The position numbers were made by a program, and so were the translations under genes. 51,625 bases of DNA. Source: Desulfobacterales bacterium (lineage in GTDB: Bacteria; Desulfobacterota; Desulfobacteria; Desulfobacterales; C00003060). Below the pieces are notes generated by a model that saw only the letters and a list, made by a program, of their open reading frames with translations, did no database searches and had not been told where the DNA came from. Positions within the stretch are counted from its first letter, which is position 1. Each line of letters opens with the position of its first letter. Location of the stretch: assembly GCA_023129535.1 (NCBI GenBank), contig JAGMBW010000040.1:1-51625 (forward strand), given 5' to 3'. Shown piece after piece: positions 28,613 to 38,152 of the stretch.

Positions 28613-28786
28613 CCCAAACTTCGCAAGACTCTCAAGATGTCATTGCGAGGAGCGGAGCGACGTGGCAATCTCGGTACGCCACAAAGACGGCGGACTTTCA
28701 GCACCTGGAGATTGCTTCGTCCACCTGCGGTGGACTCGCAATGACAGGATTGGTCATGTTTTTCAAATGACCTTGCGAAATTCGGG
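28613..28786. mobile_element. MITE/REP-like element with outer IR cccaaacttcgcaag / cttgcgaaattcggg and inner tgtcattgcgag / ctcgcaatgaca palindrome
   Basis: Outer IR 13/15, inner IR 12/12; the inner part is related to 45325-45359 and 48485-48619. Confidence 0.7.
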
Positions 28787-28833
28787 TTCATATCAGTGTA
28801 TACACGAAAGATTGGCATAGTAGGGGTGGCGAT

Positions 28834-29775
28834 TTGAGGATTTTAGTGACAGGGGCAGCAGGGTTTATTGGGTCGCATTTATGTGAATATTTGATTGAGA
28901 AGGGATGCAAGGTTGTTGGGATCGATAATTTTATGGATTACTATCCCAGAACCATAAAGGAATCAAATATTGCTGATTTAAGAAAACACCGAGATTTCGA
29001 CTTTATTGAAGAGAGTCTTCTTGGGGTCGACTTGAAAAAACTTGTATGTGGGGTCGATGTCATTTTTCATCAGGCGGCCCAGGCGGGTGTGCGGGCAAGT
29101 TGGGGTCAGAACTTCAAGATTTACTCTGATAACAATATCCTTGTCACCCAAATGCTGCTTGAGGCATGCAGGCAAAGACCGGTCAAGAAATTCGTTTATG
29201 CCTCCTCGTCTTCGATTTACGGAGATACCGAAGACCTTCCCATGAGAGAGTTCTCGCTCCCTTGTCCTGTTTCTCCCTACGGCGTCTCCAAGTTGGCTGG
29301 TGAACACCTGACCTGGCTTTACTTCAAGAATTTTGGGATACCGACAGTTTCACTGCGATATTTCACGGTTTACGGGGCCAGGCAGCGGCCAGACATGGCC
29401 TTTCATCGCTTTTTCAGATGGGCACTGGAGGACCAACCGATTAAGGTGTATGGCGACGGCAAACAGAGCAGAGACTTCACTCACGTGGACGATATTGTGG
29501 AGGCCAACTGGCTGGGCTTTGAAAACGCCCTGCCAGGAGAAGTATTCAATATCGGCGGAGGCTCGCGGATTACCGTAAATGAAGTCATAAAGATTATAGG
29601 AGAGATCGTGGACCGAGAGCTTAAGGTGGAGTATCAAGCCACCCAAAAGGGGGATGTGCGGCATACCATGGCGGAGATAACCAAGGCAGAAGAGAAACTG
29701 GGATATAAGCCGAAAGTGTCAATTCAAGATGGTCTGCAGACGGAATATGAGTGGATCAAGGAGTTAGTTGAGTAG
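28834..29775 (+). CDS. NAD-dependent nucleotide-sugar epimerase/dehydratase
   Basis: TGAAGFIG, AAQAGVR, YGVSK and RYFTVYGARQRPDMA. Confidence 0.9.
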   Translation: MRILVTGAAGFIGSHLCEYLIEKGCKVVGIDNFMDYYPRTIKESNIADLRKHRDFDFIEESLLGVDLKKLVCGVDVIFHQAAQAGVRASWGQNFKIYSDNNILVTQMLLEACRQRPVKKFVYASSSSIYGDTEDLPMREFSLPCPVSPYGVSKLAGEHLTWLYFKNFGIPTVSLRYFTVYGARQRPDMAFHRFFRWALEDQPIKVYGDGKQSRDFTHVDDIVEANWLGFENALPGEVFNIGGGSRITVNEVIKIIGEIVDRELKVEYQATQKGDVRHTMAEITKAEEKLGYKPKVSIQDGLQTEYEWIKELVE

Positions 29776-30051
29776 TCGAGTAGTCGAGTGGTCAAATAGT
29801 CAAATAGTCGAGTGGTCGAGTGGTCGAGTAGTTATTTGAGAATGGAGAATGAGACAAATGCGGAGTGCGGAATGCGGGGATGTTCTCAAGCCGACAGGCG
29901 CTATGCGGATCGAAAGCGCAGAGAGCAAAGGGCATAGGGCAGAGCGTAAAAGAAAAAACGCTATGCGCCATGCGCTATGCGGAGCGAAGCTCCAATGACA
30001 AATGACAAATGACAAATGACCACTCGACCATTTAACCAATCGACCACTCGA
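29766..30051. repeat. Multi-family nested array: outer RGTCRART / ACTCGAC enclosing GAGAATG, TGCGGAR, a GCANAGN / GCYATGC pair and AATGACA
   Basis: Read directly; the epimerase TAG is in the first unit. Confidence 0.93.
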
Positions 30052-30077
30052 TCGTTTCTACGAAAGGAGGTAACAGG

Positions 30078-30251
30078 ATGGCAATCAGCCAGGAGTTATT
30101 GGATATCTTGGCCTGTCCCAAGTGCAAAGGGGACATTTATCTGAATGAAACAAAAGATGGACTCATCTGCGACAGATGTAAACTCCTTTATGAAATCAAG
30201 GATGACATTCCCATCATGCTCATCGATGAGGCAAAGCCGATAGAAAAGTGA
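30078..30251 (+). CDS. Trm112 family protein (57 aa, missing from the ORF track)
   Basis: AGGAGG RBS; translates to MAISQELLDILACPKCKG...YEIKDDIPIMLIDEAKPIEK. Confidence 0.92.
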   Translation: MAISQELLDILACPKCKGDIYLNETKDGLICDRCKLLYEIKDDIPIMLIDEAKPIEK

Positions 30252-30254
30252 CCG

Positions 30255-30632
30255 GTGAACAAAGAACCGACATATGATTACGATAAAGAAGCAGATGTGT
30301 TGTATATCTCCTTTTCACCGGGAGAGAAAGCAACAACAGCGGTTGAATTGAATGATAACATATTATTACGTTTTAACCGTGCCGAGAAGCGTGCAATTGG
30401 TTTAACCCTCATGGATTTTTCAGTGTTGGTGCAATTAACCAATTTGGGGCCACGTAGCTTTCCCTTAAGTGGGTTAAGTGAACTGGAAACGGAGTGGCAA
30501 GATACAGTTATTGAAATTATCACTAAGCCACGGGTAAACCAAATTTTGAAAGTCTCGGTTTATACCCCATCTTTGGCCGAAACCGTACCGATTGCCCAGG
30601 TCGAGAAACTGCCAACTTCTTTAGCAGCATGA
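30255..30632 (+). CDS. DUF2283 domain protein
   Basis: YDKEADVLYISF...AIGLTL signature. Confidence 0.75.
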   Translation: MNKEPTYDYDKEADVLYISFSPGEKATTAVELNDNILLRFNRAEKRAIGLTLMDFSVLVQLTNLGPRSFPLSGLSELETEWQDTVIEIITKPRVNQILKVSVYTPSLAETVPIAQVEKLPTSLAA

Positions 30633-30976
30633 TTTCAATGAGTCTTTGGTGAAAGGTGGACTTCCTCTGACATTCTTGTGCTCTGAATTTCGACTATTGT
30701 AAACGTTCTGTAAGTTGTACATGTTAGCCCAGCAACAGATTTCTCGCTCTGCTCGAAATGACAGGAATGGATGGTTTTCGTTCAGCCACTATAGCCCTTT
30801 TTATATGACATGATACTATATTTCGTATGTGCTATCCAAGAAACCCCTATATGCAGTGCATCTGCATGTTTATTTGAGGTATCAACTCATATGAAAAACT
30901 CTATAGGTAAATCCTGTCTAACCTATAAGGATTAAAGACGTATGGAGCTAAGAGTAAAGGATTAAGGTGAATTATT

Positions 30977-31189
30977 ATGACGAAGTCGCAAGAATGGATT
31001 ACAGAAAATTTTGAGTCTCTCGTTTCCAAATACGGGGGGAAATACATTGGTGTTCTCGATGAAGAGGTGGTATCAGTTGCTTTAACCCCTCGGGAAGTCC
31101 TGGAAAACGCCAAGAAGGCACACAAAGAAGAGGAGGGAATTTCTCTTTTAAAAGTTCCCACAGAGGAAGAGTTGATATGCATTTTGTAG
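30977..31189 (+). CDS. Small DUF5678-like protein
   Basis: AGGTGA RBS and W..ENFESLVSKYGGKYIGV pattern; overlaps the protease gene. Confidence 0.65.
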   Translation: MTKSQEWITENFESLVSKYGGKYIGVLDEEVVSVALTPREVLENAKKAHKEEEGISLLKVPTEEELICIL

Positions 31190-31572
31190 AGTTCAAGTAT
31201 GCCCTTCATAGGCGGAGAGATGTTCCTCTCATCCCAGTTGGCCTCAGGACGAAAGGAAAGTGGAAAGAAGTTTGGGCCTATGTCGATTCTGGCTGTTTCT
31301 ATAGCATTTTTGATGATAAGGTTGCTGATATATTAGATATTAACCTCACAGCGGGCAAGAAAGTTTTGGCAGTAGTTGGTGATGGTAGCTTTATTCCAAT
31401 CTATTTGCATACGGTGGGTATAAGGATAGGAGAGGATGAATTTGGCATGAAGATAGGCTTTTCCTCAAAATTAGGGGTGGGTTTCAACCTACTTGGGATG
31501 GATATTTTTGACCGATATCGAGTGACATTTGATAACAGAGCGAGGAAAGTTATATTCGAAAGTTACACGTGA
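31177..31572 (+). CDS. Retropepsin-like aspartyl protease
   Basis: AYVDSG catalytic motif and LLGMD motif. Confidence 0.75.
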   Translation: MHFVEFKYALHRRRDVPLIPVGLRTKGKWKEVWAYVDSGCFYSIFDDKVADILDINLTAGKKVLAVVGDGSFIPIYLHTVGIRIGEDEFGMKIGFSSKLGVGFNLLGMDIFDRYRVTFDNRARKVIFESYT

Positions 31573-31602
31573 TGATCTTGCTGACATTGGAGAAGACAAA
31601 TA

Positions 31603-31869
31603 ATGCCGAAAACAAGAAAATGCCCAGAGTGTAAGGGGATAGTAAAGGAAGGGCAGACTCAGCTTAGTTATGAGTTGGAGGGTATTAATATTATCGTGAA
31701 AAACATTCCAGCAAATATTTGTGAAAAGTGTAGGCAGGCTTTTATCACCGGACATGTTGCGGAAGAAGTGAATCGTTTGGTTAACAGGCTGAGTGAGGAC
31801 ATCAATAGTTTTGCTAAAACCCAGCCTCAGATTGGCAAAAGGCAAAGGGAGGTTGCCATTGCAATATAA
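31603..31869 (+). CDS. YgiT-type zinc finger protein (MqsA N-terminal-like)
   Basis: CPEC...IIVKNIPANICEKC. Confidence 0.8.
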   Translation: MPKTRKCPECKGIVKEGQTQLSYELEGINIIVKNIPANICEKCRQAFITGHVAEEVNRLVNRLSEDINSFAKTQPQIGKRQREVAIAI

Positions 31870-32308
31870 GAAAACATAGCTCCGCTTCAGTACGTCCGCT
31901 ATGGGCACGAACTCTTTGTCAGGGATCAATCTGCAAAAGTGGAATTTGAGACGACTGTCCCGTACAGGTACTTCGATATGAAACCATTCTTGTCTTTGTA
32001 CTATTCATTATTAGAGGAGAAGATAAGAAGCTCAGGCTGATGAAAATACTGAGAAAAGAAAGGATATTAGAATACCTTGACAATCTCCAGCGCCAATTGT
32101 CGGACCTGGAAGCTATGAAGGTGCCTGGGCCGGAAAAAAACTGTTAAGTCGTGAAGAAAGGTGAGTTCGGTCAGGAGAAACGAAACCCGACTTTGAATGT
32201 GACCAAATACTTTAACCTGAAAACGAGAATCTACTCCAGTGGAATGATAGAGTTTCCTTTTGAAGGTCACGCTCGTAATCCCTGAGGATAAGGGCCTGAT
32301 GATGCTGG

Positions 32309-33019
32309 CTATAAGTGTCGGTATTTCTTAGGTTCGCCTCTAAGATCTTTTTTTAGTTTCCGGTAAGCCCGCTTGATCCAGCGTGACACTTTCTCCACCA
32401 CTGTTCTGTTGTAGTATTGCCTGTCTTCATCGACTATATTTTCGAACTTTCGGTTATACTTCAACTTCACCCAGGCGTTGAAATCAAATTTCCTTGCAAG
32501 GTTATAGAGATAGCGATTTAGAGGTGCAAAACCAGGTTTACTGACGATAGCTACGCCAAAATCGATCATACAGGGCGCCCGTCCTTTGACGACGAGAAGG
32601 TTGTCCTTTTTCTTGAGATCGCCATGCGCCACACCCGCCTTGTGCAGCCCTTTGATCAGGTTCAACAGTTTTTCGAAAAACATGCCGCGATCCGTAATCC
32701 GGGATCTTCGTAGCGGAACCCCGTTGATGCATTCAAGCACCAGGTAGCGCCCATCCAGAATGCCGTAACAGCGCGGCACACCGCGTACTTCAGATAACCT
32801 GGAGTAGGCCCTGTACTCGTTGCGCAACATCACCCGCCGGATGAGCCCGCCTAACCCCCACCCCACAGGAGCCTTGAGTATTAGACGCTGACCTTTGCCT
32901 TTATACAGATAGACATGGCCCTGACTACCGCGGCTAAGAATGTTCGATTTGGTTTTGACGCTGCTCCTGACCCACTTAAGGAGCTCGATTTCGGTAAGGT
33001 TATCCAGCTTCTTCAACAT
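32309..33019 (-). CDS. Kdo/WaaP/RIO-like kinase
   Basis: HGDLKKKDNLL and IDFG; start reassigned to the ATG at 33019 to avoid overlap with the next gene. Confidence 0.75.
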   Translation of the reverse strand: MLKKLDNLTEIELLKWVRSSVKTKSNILSRGSQGHVYLYKGKGQRLILKAPVGWGLGGLIRRVMLRNEYRAYSRLSEVRGVPRCYGILDGRYLVLECINGVPLRRSRITDRGMFFEKLLNLIKGLHKAGVAHGDLKKKDNLLVVKGRAPCMIDFGVAIVSKPGFAPLNRYLYNLARKFDFNAWVKLKYNRKFENIVDEDRQYYNRTVVEKVSRWIKRAYRKLKKDLRGEPKKYRHL

Positions 33020-33035
33020 CGACGGCACGGCGGGT

Positions 33036-33608
33036 TCAATGCAGCCCCATCCAGAGGAAGTAGAGCCAAGACAGTAAAAATAGGGCGATAATGGGCTCAC
33101 CGTTATCCCGCAGGCTTTGCATGAACGACCAACTGCCACGTTGGCCGGGCTGATAGGGGGTAAGGCGTGGAATAAGCCCCTGGGTCTCTTTGCGCCATTG
33201 TTCCCACTCCTCTTTAAATCTGCGATGAAGCTTTTCATCTTCTCGACGGATGGCAGGAGGATAAAAGGCGAGCAACATCCCTATCAACAGTGGGAGACTC
33301 CACCATAAGCTGGAGGCAAGGGCAAAGCCAAATCCCAACGTGAGGTTGCCCACATATAGAGGGTGCCTGACATAGGCGTAAGGCCCGTCGGTGGCAAGGA
33401 TCTTGTTCTTTTTAATATGCCCTGATGCCCACAGGCGCGCTGCAATACCCAGGATAACCAGCGCTGCACCAGCAACGAACAACATTTCCTTTGGTTCGCC
33501 TGCAACACTGGCCAGGATGATAAAGGCGATGCCAAGGAATTGGCGGAAGCGTTCCCGGTGGTATCGGAGATCGTGAAGAAATCGTTGCAACCCGAAAGCT
33601 GTTGCCAT
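33036..33608 (-). CDS. Isoprenylcysteine carboxylmethyltransferase / phospholipid methyltransferase family membrane protein
   Basis: LATDGPYAYVRHPLYVG motif and TM helices. Confidence 0.85.
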   Translation of the reverse strand: MATAFGLQRFLHDLRYHRERFRQFLGIAFIILASVAGEPKEMLFVAGAALVILGIAARLWASGHIKKNKILATDGPYAYVRHPLYVGNLTLGFGFALASSLWWSLPLLIGMLLAFYPPAIRREDEKLHRRFKEEWEQWRKETQGLIPRLTPYQPGQRGSWSFMQSLRDNGEPIIALFLLSWLYFLWMGLH

Positions 33609-33627
33609 TGATTCAGTCCTCCTCTGT

Positions 33628-34335
33628 TCACCCCACTTCGTAATCCTTCCGAAGCCCTGCGCACATCATGTCGCAGAGCATCTCCGGCAACCGATGCTTG
33701 ATTACAGCACGTCGCCAACGACTAAGGTAATGATCTCGTAACTTATTTTTATTGTGCCGAGGAAGACGGGCCTTGTCAAAATCAACGAGAAATACCCGGT
33801 CACGACTGTCCACTAACACATTGCCAGGATGCAAATCGACATGAAAGATATTGTTATTGATAAGAGTGGAGACCTGATCGACGACCTTTTTCATCGCAAT
33901 GTGAGCATGTTCCTCATCTGCACAACTGAGTTCAGCAAGTGTTTGTTTCTGTTTAATCTCTCTGGTTACCAGCCACGCTTTATAGAACAAACTGCCCTGG
34001 GAAGCATAGGCAATCGGCTCGGGGGCATTTACACCGAGGCTCCTTACTTTCTGCAATATCTCATACTCAATCTGACAACGCGTTTTGCCCCACTTCAGGT
34101 ACCTTCGTTTGACCAGGTATCGAATAAGCCCTCCACGGGTATAATATTTGATGACTACCGATCCTACCCCTTCAAGCTGAGCAATAGTAACCGAGCTTCT
34201 TCCGCCAAGGACCGAATCAACAGTATTTGTAGGGGTATTAAAGAGTCTGATGAGTTGCTCCAATTGTCGGGCAGTAAGATCAGATGACGATCCGAAATGA
34301 TACGAATCATATATTTTGGTTAGTGCCTTACTCAT
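33628..34335 (-). CDS. Kdo kinase-like LPS kinase
   Basis: LGGR, KYYTRGG, HVDLHPGNVL and VDFD. Confidence 0.78.
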   Translation of the reverse strand: MSKALTKIYDSYHFGSSSDLTARQLEQLIRLFNTPTNTVDSVLGGRSSVTIAQLEGVGSVVIKYYTRGGLIRYLVKRRYLKWGKTRCQIEYEILQKVRSLGVNAPEPIAYASQGSLFYKAWLVTREIKQKQTLAELSCADEEHAHIAMKKVVDQVSTLINNNIFHVDLHPGNVLVDSRDRVFLVDFDKARLPRHNKNKLRDHYLSRWRRAVIKHRLPEMLCDMMCAGLRKDYEVG

Positions 34336-35339
34336 TGAATATCTAGCAATTTCTCAGTCGCGCTTATTACTTCAAGATGTGAAAGTTCCTTCATGCAAGC
34401 CTCAGTCCCTGTCGGGCACGTTTTTCCCCCGTGTCGGCTGCAAGGCCTGCAAGGAAGGTCCTTCTCCACCACAACTGCCTTATTCTTCCAGGGATAGAAG
34501 CCAAATTGCGGGGATGTCGCACAAAAAATCGCAACGTTCGGAACCTTAAATGCAGAAGCAATATGAAGGACCATGCTGTCGTTACACACAACCAGCCTTG
34601 CATTTTTTATGATGTACATCGTGTCTGGAATACTCGTTTTTCCTGCAAAATTGCTGACTTCAAGTCCCTGAGCCACCATGGCGTTTACCTTTTCATCTGA
34701 CGGCGCTCCCAGGAGAACGACCGCAAAGCCTCGTTTGAGCAAGAACTGAGCTACCTCACGATACCCCTTCCAGTGCCACATCTTGGTTTTCCAAACACTT
34801 CCGGGCACAAGTACCACATAACCACCAGGCTGAGGCAACATTCTGTTAACCTCATTGTCAAGCTCGTTTCTCAAAGGCGGGAATAAACGCAGCTCCGCTT
34901 CCAGTGACTCGAGAGGAACCTCCCCGGAAAGCAATGACAGGTTGCGAACCACGTCATGGTCGCCAGAATTTCGTTCTCGTATCTCATGATAGAGAAAGTT
35001 AAGCTTGGCATTCGCAAATCCGATGCGAACAGGAATGCCGCAAAGCCAGAGCAAAACCGATGTGCGGGGAGAACGATGAAGCGAATACACCCTGTCAAAC
35101 CTCATCGCCATGATTCGACGTTTCATTCGCAACAGACCGGAGAATCCTGCATCCTTCCCTCGTTTATTGTATGTAAGAACTCCAGCAAGAAGTGGATCGC
35201 GCATCACCAGCGACGAGGCAAGTGGCGTTGTCATCATCCAGAGCTCAGCATCGGGATAAATCTTTTTGATGCCAGAGATAACAGGAGTAGAAAGAATTGT
35301 ATCTCCCAGGAAACTTGTCTGAACGAGAAGTATCTTCAT
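34332..35339 (-). CDS. Glycosyltransferase family 9 (heptosyltransferase-like)
   Basis: QTSFLGD, PGSVWKTK, NDS..LH and CRPCSRHG. Confidence 0.88.
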   Translation of the reverse strand: MKILLVQTSFLGDTILSTPVISGIKKIYPDAELWMMTTPLASSLVMRDPLLAGVLTYNKRGKDAGFSGLLRMKRRIMAMRFDRVYSLHRSPRTSVLLWLCGIPVRIGFANAKLNFLYHEIRERNSGDHDVVRNLSLLSGEVPLESLEAELRLFPPLRNELDNEVNRMLPQPGGYVVLVPGSVWKTKMWHWKGYREVAQFLLKRGFAVVLLGAPSDEKVNAMVAQGLEVSNFAGKTSIPDTMYIIKNARLVVCNDSMVLHIASAFKVPNVAIFCATSPQFGFYPWKNKAVVVEKDLPCRPCSRHGGKTCPTGTEACMKELSHLEVISATEKLLDIQ

Positions 35340-35364
35340 TTTGTGAGCAGGTTATCCATCCATT

Positions 35365-36441
35365 CTATTTCATTCGTGCAAGGAGTCTCTCAACGGCACC
35401 CAAAACATCCTCCACCTCAACCGCTGCCATGCACGTCCGAACCCGGCATCCCATTTTCCGGCAGGGGCTGCAATCGACACTTCTCCGCACGACCTCGTGG
35501 GGGGAGTAGGGACCGGGTTCGTTCTCGGTAGGATCCGTTGGCCCCCAAATTGCCACCACAGGGGTACCGACAAGGGTTGCCATGTGCATGGCGCCCGTAT
35601 CTGATCCGATATAGACATCGCTCTGAGAAAGAATGTACGCCAAATGCAGCGGCGTTTCCGTCTTTGGCGCGATGCGCACATCCTCCCTGCTTATCTCAGC
35701 TATCTTGGATACGAAGTCGAGTTCGTCCGGTGCCCAGGTGAATAATATCCTCCCGTTGAAACGTATCACAATTTGGTCGGCAAGACTTGCATAGCGGTCT
35801 GAAAACCACCTCTTGTAGATGGCCCGGGCACTGGTCCCGGGATGAATCGCGAAGATATGACCCCCTGGGGGAAGTTGATCGAAGAAAGGCGAAAGCTCAC
35901 CTACAATACGGGATGGGAAGTGAATAAGCGCTTTCGGATTCGGCTTGCATCCGCCGAGATACTCCGCAAGCGCCATATTCCTCTTGTACCTGGAAAGTTT
36001 CCCCTCCGGGAGACTCACCTTCTCGGTGTTGGCCAGGTGGCTGAACTCCTTCGTGCCTGTTGCGTCGTAACCGATTCTGCGTCCAGTTTTTGCAAGCAGA
36101 GATACGGCGGCGCTCTTCAGCACCCCGTGGAAGTCAACGACCATATCGTAGTCGGTAGACCTGAGCCTCTTGACAAAGGAGCGAAACTGACGCGCGGTGC
36201 GTATAAATCCCGCAGGAGTGAGGAAAATCCTGCGCCACAGCCGGGTTGCAAAAACGAGGACCTGATGTATGGCAGGGTGTCCGTTGAGGAAAGATGCCCC
36301 AAGGGTCTCGGTTACCCACGTGATCTTGCTTCCCGGGAAGGCATTGGATATGGAAACCACGGCAGGCAGCGTACGGACAACGTCTCCAAGCGCGCTTAGC
36401 CTGATCACCAGGATCTTTACCGCGTCATCGCCATTTTTCAT
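35365..36441 (-). CDS. Glycosyltransferase family 9
   Basis: RLSALGDVV, DFHGVLKS, DTGAMH and WGPT; start reassigned to ATG 36441. Confidence 0.85.
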   Translation of the reverse strand: MKNGDDAVKILVIRLSALGDVVRTLPAVVSISNAFPGSKITWVTETLGASFLNGHPAIHQVLVFATRLWRRIFLTPAGFIRTARQFRSFVKRLRSTDYDMVVDFHGVLKSAAVSLLAKTGRRIGYDATGTKEFSHLANTEKVSLPEGKLSRYKRNMALAEYLGGCKPNPKALIHFPSRIVGELSPFFDQLPPGGHIFAIHPGTSARAIYKRWFSDRYASLADQIVIRFNGRILFTWAPDELDFVSKIAEISREDVRIAPKTETPLHLAYILSQSDVYIGSDTGAMHMATLVGTPVVAIWGPTDPTENEPGPYSPHEVVRRSVDCSPCRKMGCRVRTCMAAVEVEDVLGAVERLLARMK

Positions 36442-36596
36442 ATCAGTATGTAATTGAGCTTGTCGCAAATACAGTCGTCGAGGAGTTTCTTGAATGTCTC
36501 CATCTCCATCAATTGAATCTTGCTTGTCAGCTTCTCGCGGGGGCAGATCGTGCAGCGCGCTGGGACGATCCCGTAGCATTTCGGGAGTTTGTTCAT
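36438..36596 (-). pseudogene. 52-aa chimeric remnant: KdsB-like N-terminus joined to a radical-SAM-like fragment
   Basis: AAGGAG RBS; MNKLPKCYGIVPAR-CTICPREKLTSKIQLMEMETFKKLLDDCICDKLNYILI; stop overlaps the next ATG (ATGA). Confidence 0.55.
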
Positions 36597-36643
36597 TTAT
36601 GTACTGCTCCTTGGCTTTTTTCAGTTGTAGAAATCCCGAAACG

Positions 36644-38128
36644 TTAAATTAAGTTCAACTGCTTAAATTTTTTACGAAAAAGCATGTTAACATCTGAGTC
36701 GTTATCCCATCCCTGCAAGAACTCCAAAACCCCCTTGGCCACGCTGGAACGGCTGAAAAATGCCGCCTGGTTCAATTGCACGACATCTAGAAATATGGGC
36801 TCTAGATCTGAAATAAGAATATTTGTGCTGTGCACCCCGCGAACGGCGATACCGGTTTGTTTCATCGCAAGAAAAACTTTTGCAATCCGCTCCGTTACAG
36901 AGTCCTTATCGTCGTCCGACACAGAATCAGACGCGAAAAAATCCCGCGCAAGGATTCCATCGCAGGATTTCACTATCAAAAAAGCACGCCATATTCTACT
37001 ATTTTCCCGTTTCTCAATCAGGGCAATCGGACGAGGGGTATGTATTCCGAGCCGGTTGAGCCGCAGTGCGTTTCGCCATCTTCGGGAAATAATACCGTGT
37101 CGCCTAAACAAACGATTGCCGAAAACACGGACCGAATACAAGGTAATCGGTACGGCGTCAATCGACAGATGGCAACAATGATTACTATCCAACTGCTGGC
37201 CATTAGTGTCGGATATAAATCGTTCTGGATTCTCGCAAACCAACGTGAATTCATCGTTCCAAACTCTACGATCACGCACTGAAAAATAATCGGGCGCTTT
37301 GCATACCAAGAACGGATCCCGTGAGCGAAATATCTTTCTCATGTATGTCGCCAGGTGGCGCTTCCGCATGCGTTTGACTATTCCAATTAGCTTTTGGGTA
37401 TCCCCTCCAGTCACGTGCCACCCTCTTACCGAACAATAAGCCTGGTAATGCTCAGCAATCGCGGCATCATGGATTGGCGAAAAATAGGATAAGAATGCGG
37501 CCAGATTTGCCAGTGAGGGGCGTTTACTTAAGGGGTGCAAATAGATACGTACCTGGTCCCCATCAAGCGAGTAAATTTCCTTGCCTTGCAACAAGAAATT
37601 TCCCATGTGTACATCATTTTGAACTATCCCTTGTTCATGCTGTCTGGCCAAACATGCCATGAGCTGATCAAGCAATTGTTGCCTTTGAGCCTCATCAGGA
37701 GCGTCGGCTAAAGCTGTATCAAACCGAACGGCATTTTCAATATACTCGAATACCATCACGTAGAGGTCATGTTCAGAAAGATACCCGGAAAACAGTATCT
37801 TCGGGGCAGTGAGGGAGCACTCAACAAATACTCGACAACCCCTATCACTTCGCTGCCAGTGGATCTTCGCTCGTCGAGGATCGAAATAGAGTTTTACGAC
37901 GACTTCATTGCCGCCAATCTCACCCAGACAAACAATCCGCTTACCTCGGATGGCTCGAAAAACCCGAGTACAGGTGATAGTCCCGATGGATGGTACGTCG
38001 AAGGCGAATGACGCTGCCCTCCCGGTTCGAACATGGTCCTGGGTTACGTTGGCAAGGGCGCTCTTTATGGACATAACTGCCATTCCACTGTTGCAATTGT
38101 GAGCAAAGCGAACTAAGTTTTCGAGCAA
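36644..38128 (-). CDS. Two-domain LPS kinase (InaA/Kdo/WaaP family)
   Basis: VVVKLY, QNDVHMGNFL, SLDGD and a second degenerate kinase module (TPRPIAL, TNILI). Confidence 0.72.
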   Translation of the reverse strand: MLENLVRFAHNCNSGMAVMSIKSALANVTQDHVRTGRAASFAFDVPSIGTITCTRVFRAIRGKRIVCLGEIGGNEVVVKLYFDPRRAKIHWQRSDRGCRVFVECSLTAPKILFSGYLSEHDLYVMVFEYIENAVRFDTALADAPDEAQRQQLLDQLMACLARQHEQGIVQNDVHMGNFLLQGKEIYSLDGDQVRIYLHPLSKRPSLANLAAFLSYFSPIHDAAIAEHYQAYCSVRGWHVTGGDTQKLIGIVKRMRKRHLATYMRKIFRSRDPFLVCKAPDYFSVRDRRVWNDEFTLVCENPERFISDTNGQQLDSNHCCHLSIDAVPITLYSVRVFGNRLFRRHGIISRRWRNALRLNRLGIHTPRPIALIEKRENSRIWRAFLIVKSCDGILARDFFASDSVSDDDKDSVTERIAKVFLAMKQTGIAVRGVHSTNILISDLEPIFLDVVQLNQAAFFSRSSVAKGVLEFLQGWDNDSDVNMLFRKKFKQLNLI

Positions 38129-38152
38129 GTCAATCTGACACTCGCCGGTACT

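Noticed and set aside
669-30051. CRISPR array interpretation of the intergenic repeats
   Set aside because: Units are 7-10 bp, contiguous and lack unique spacers of regular length; no cas genes are present.
32067-32270. 67-aa minus-strand ORF
   Set aside because: No recognisable motif or RBS; cannot be supported.
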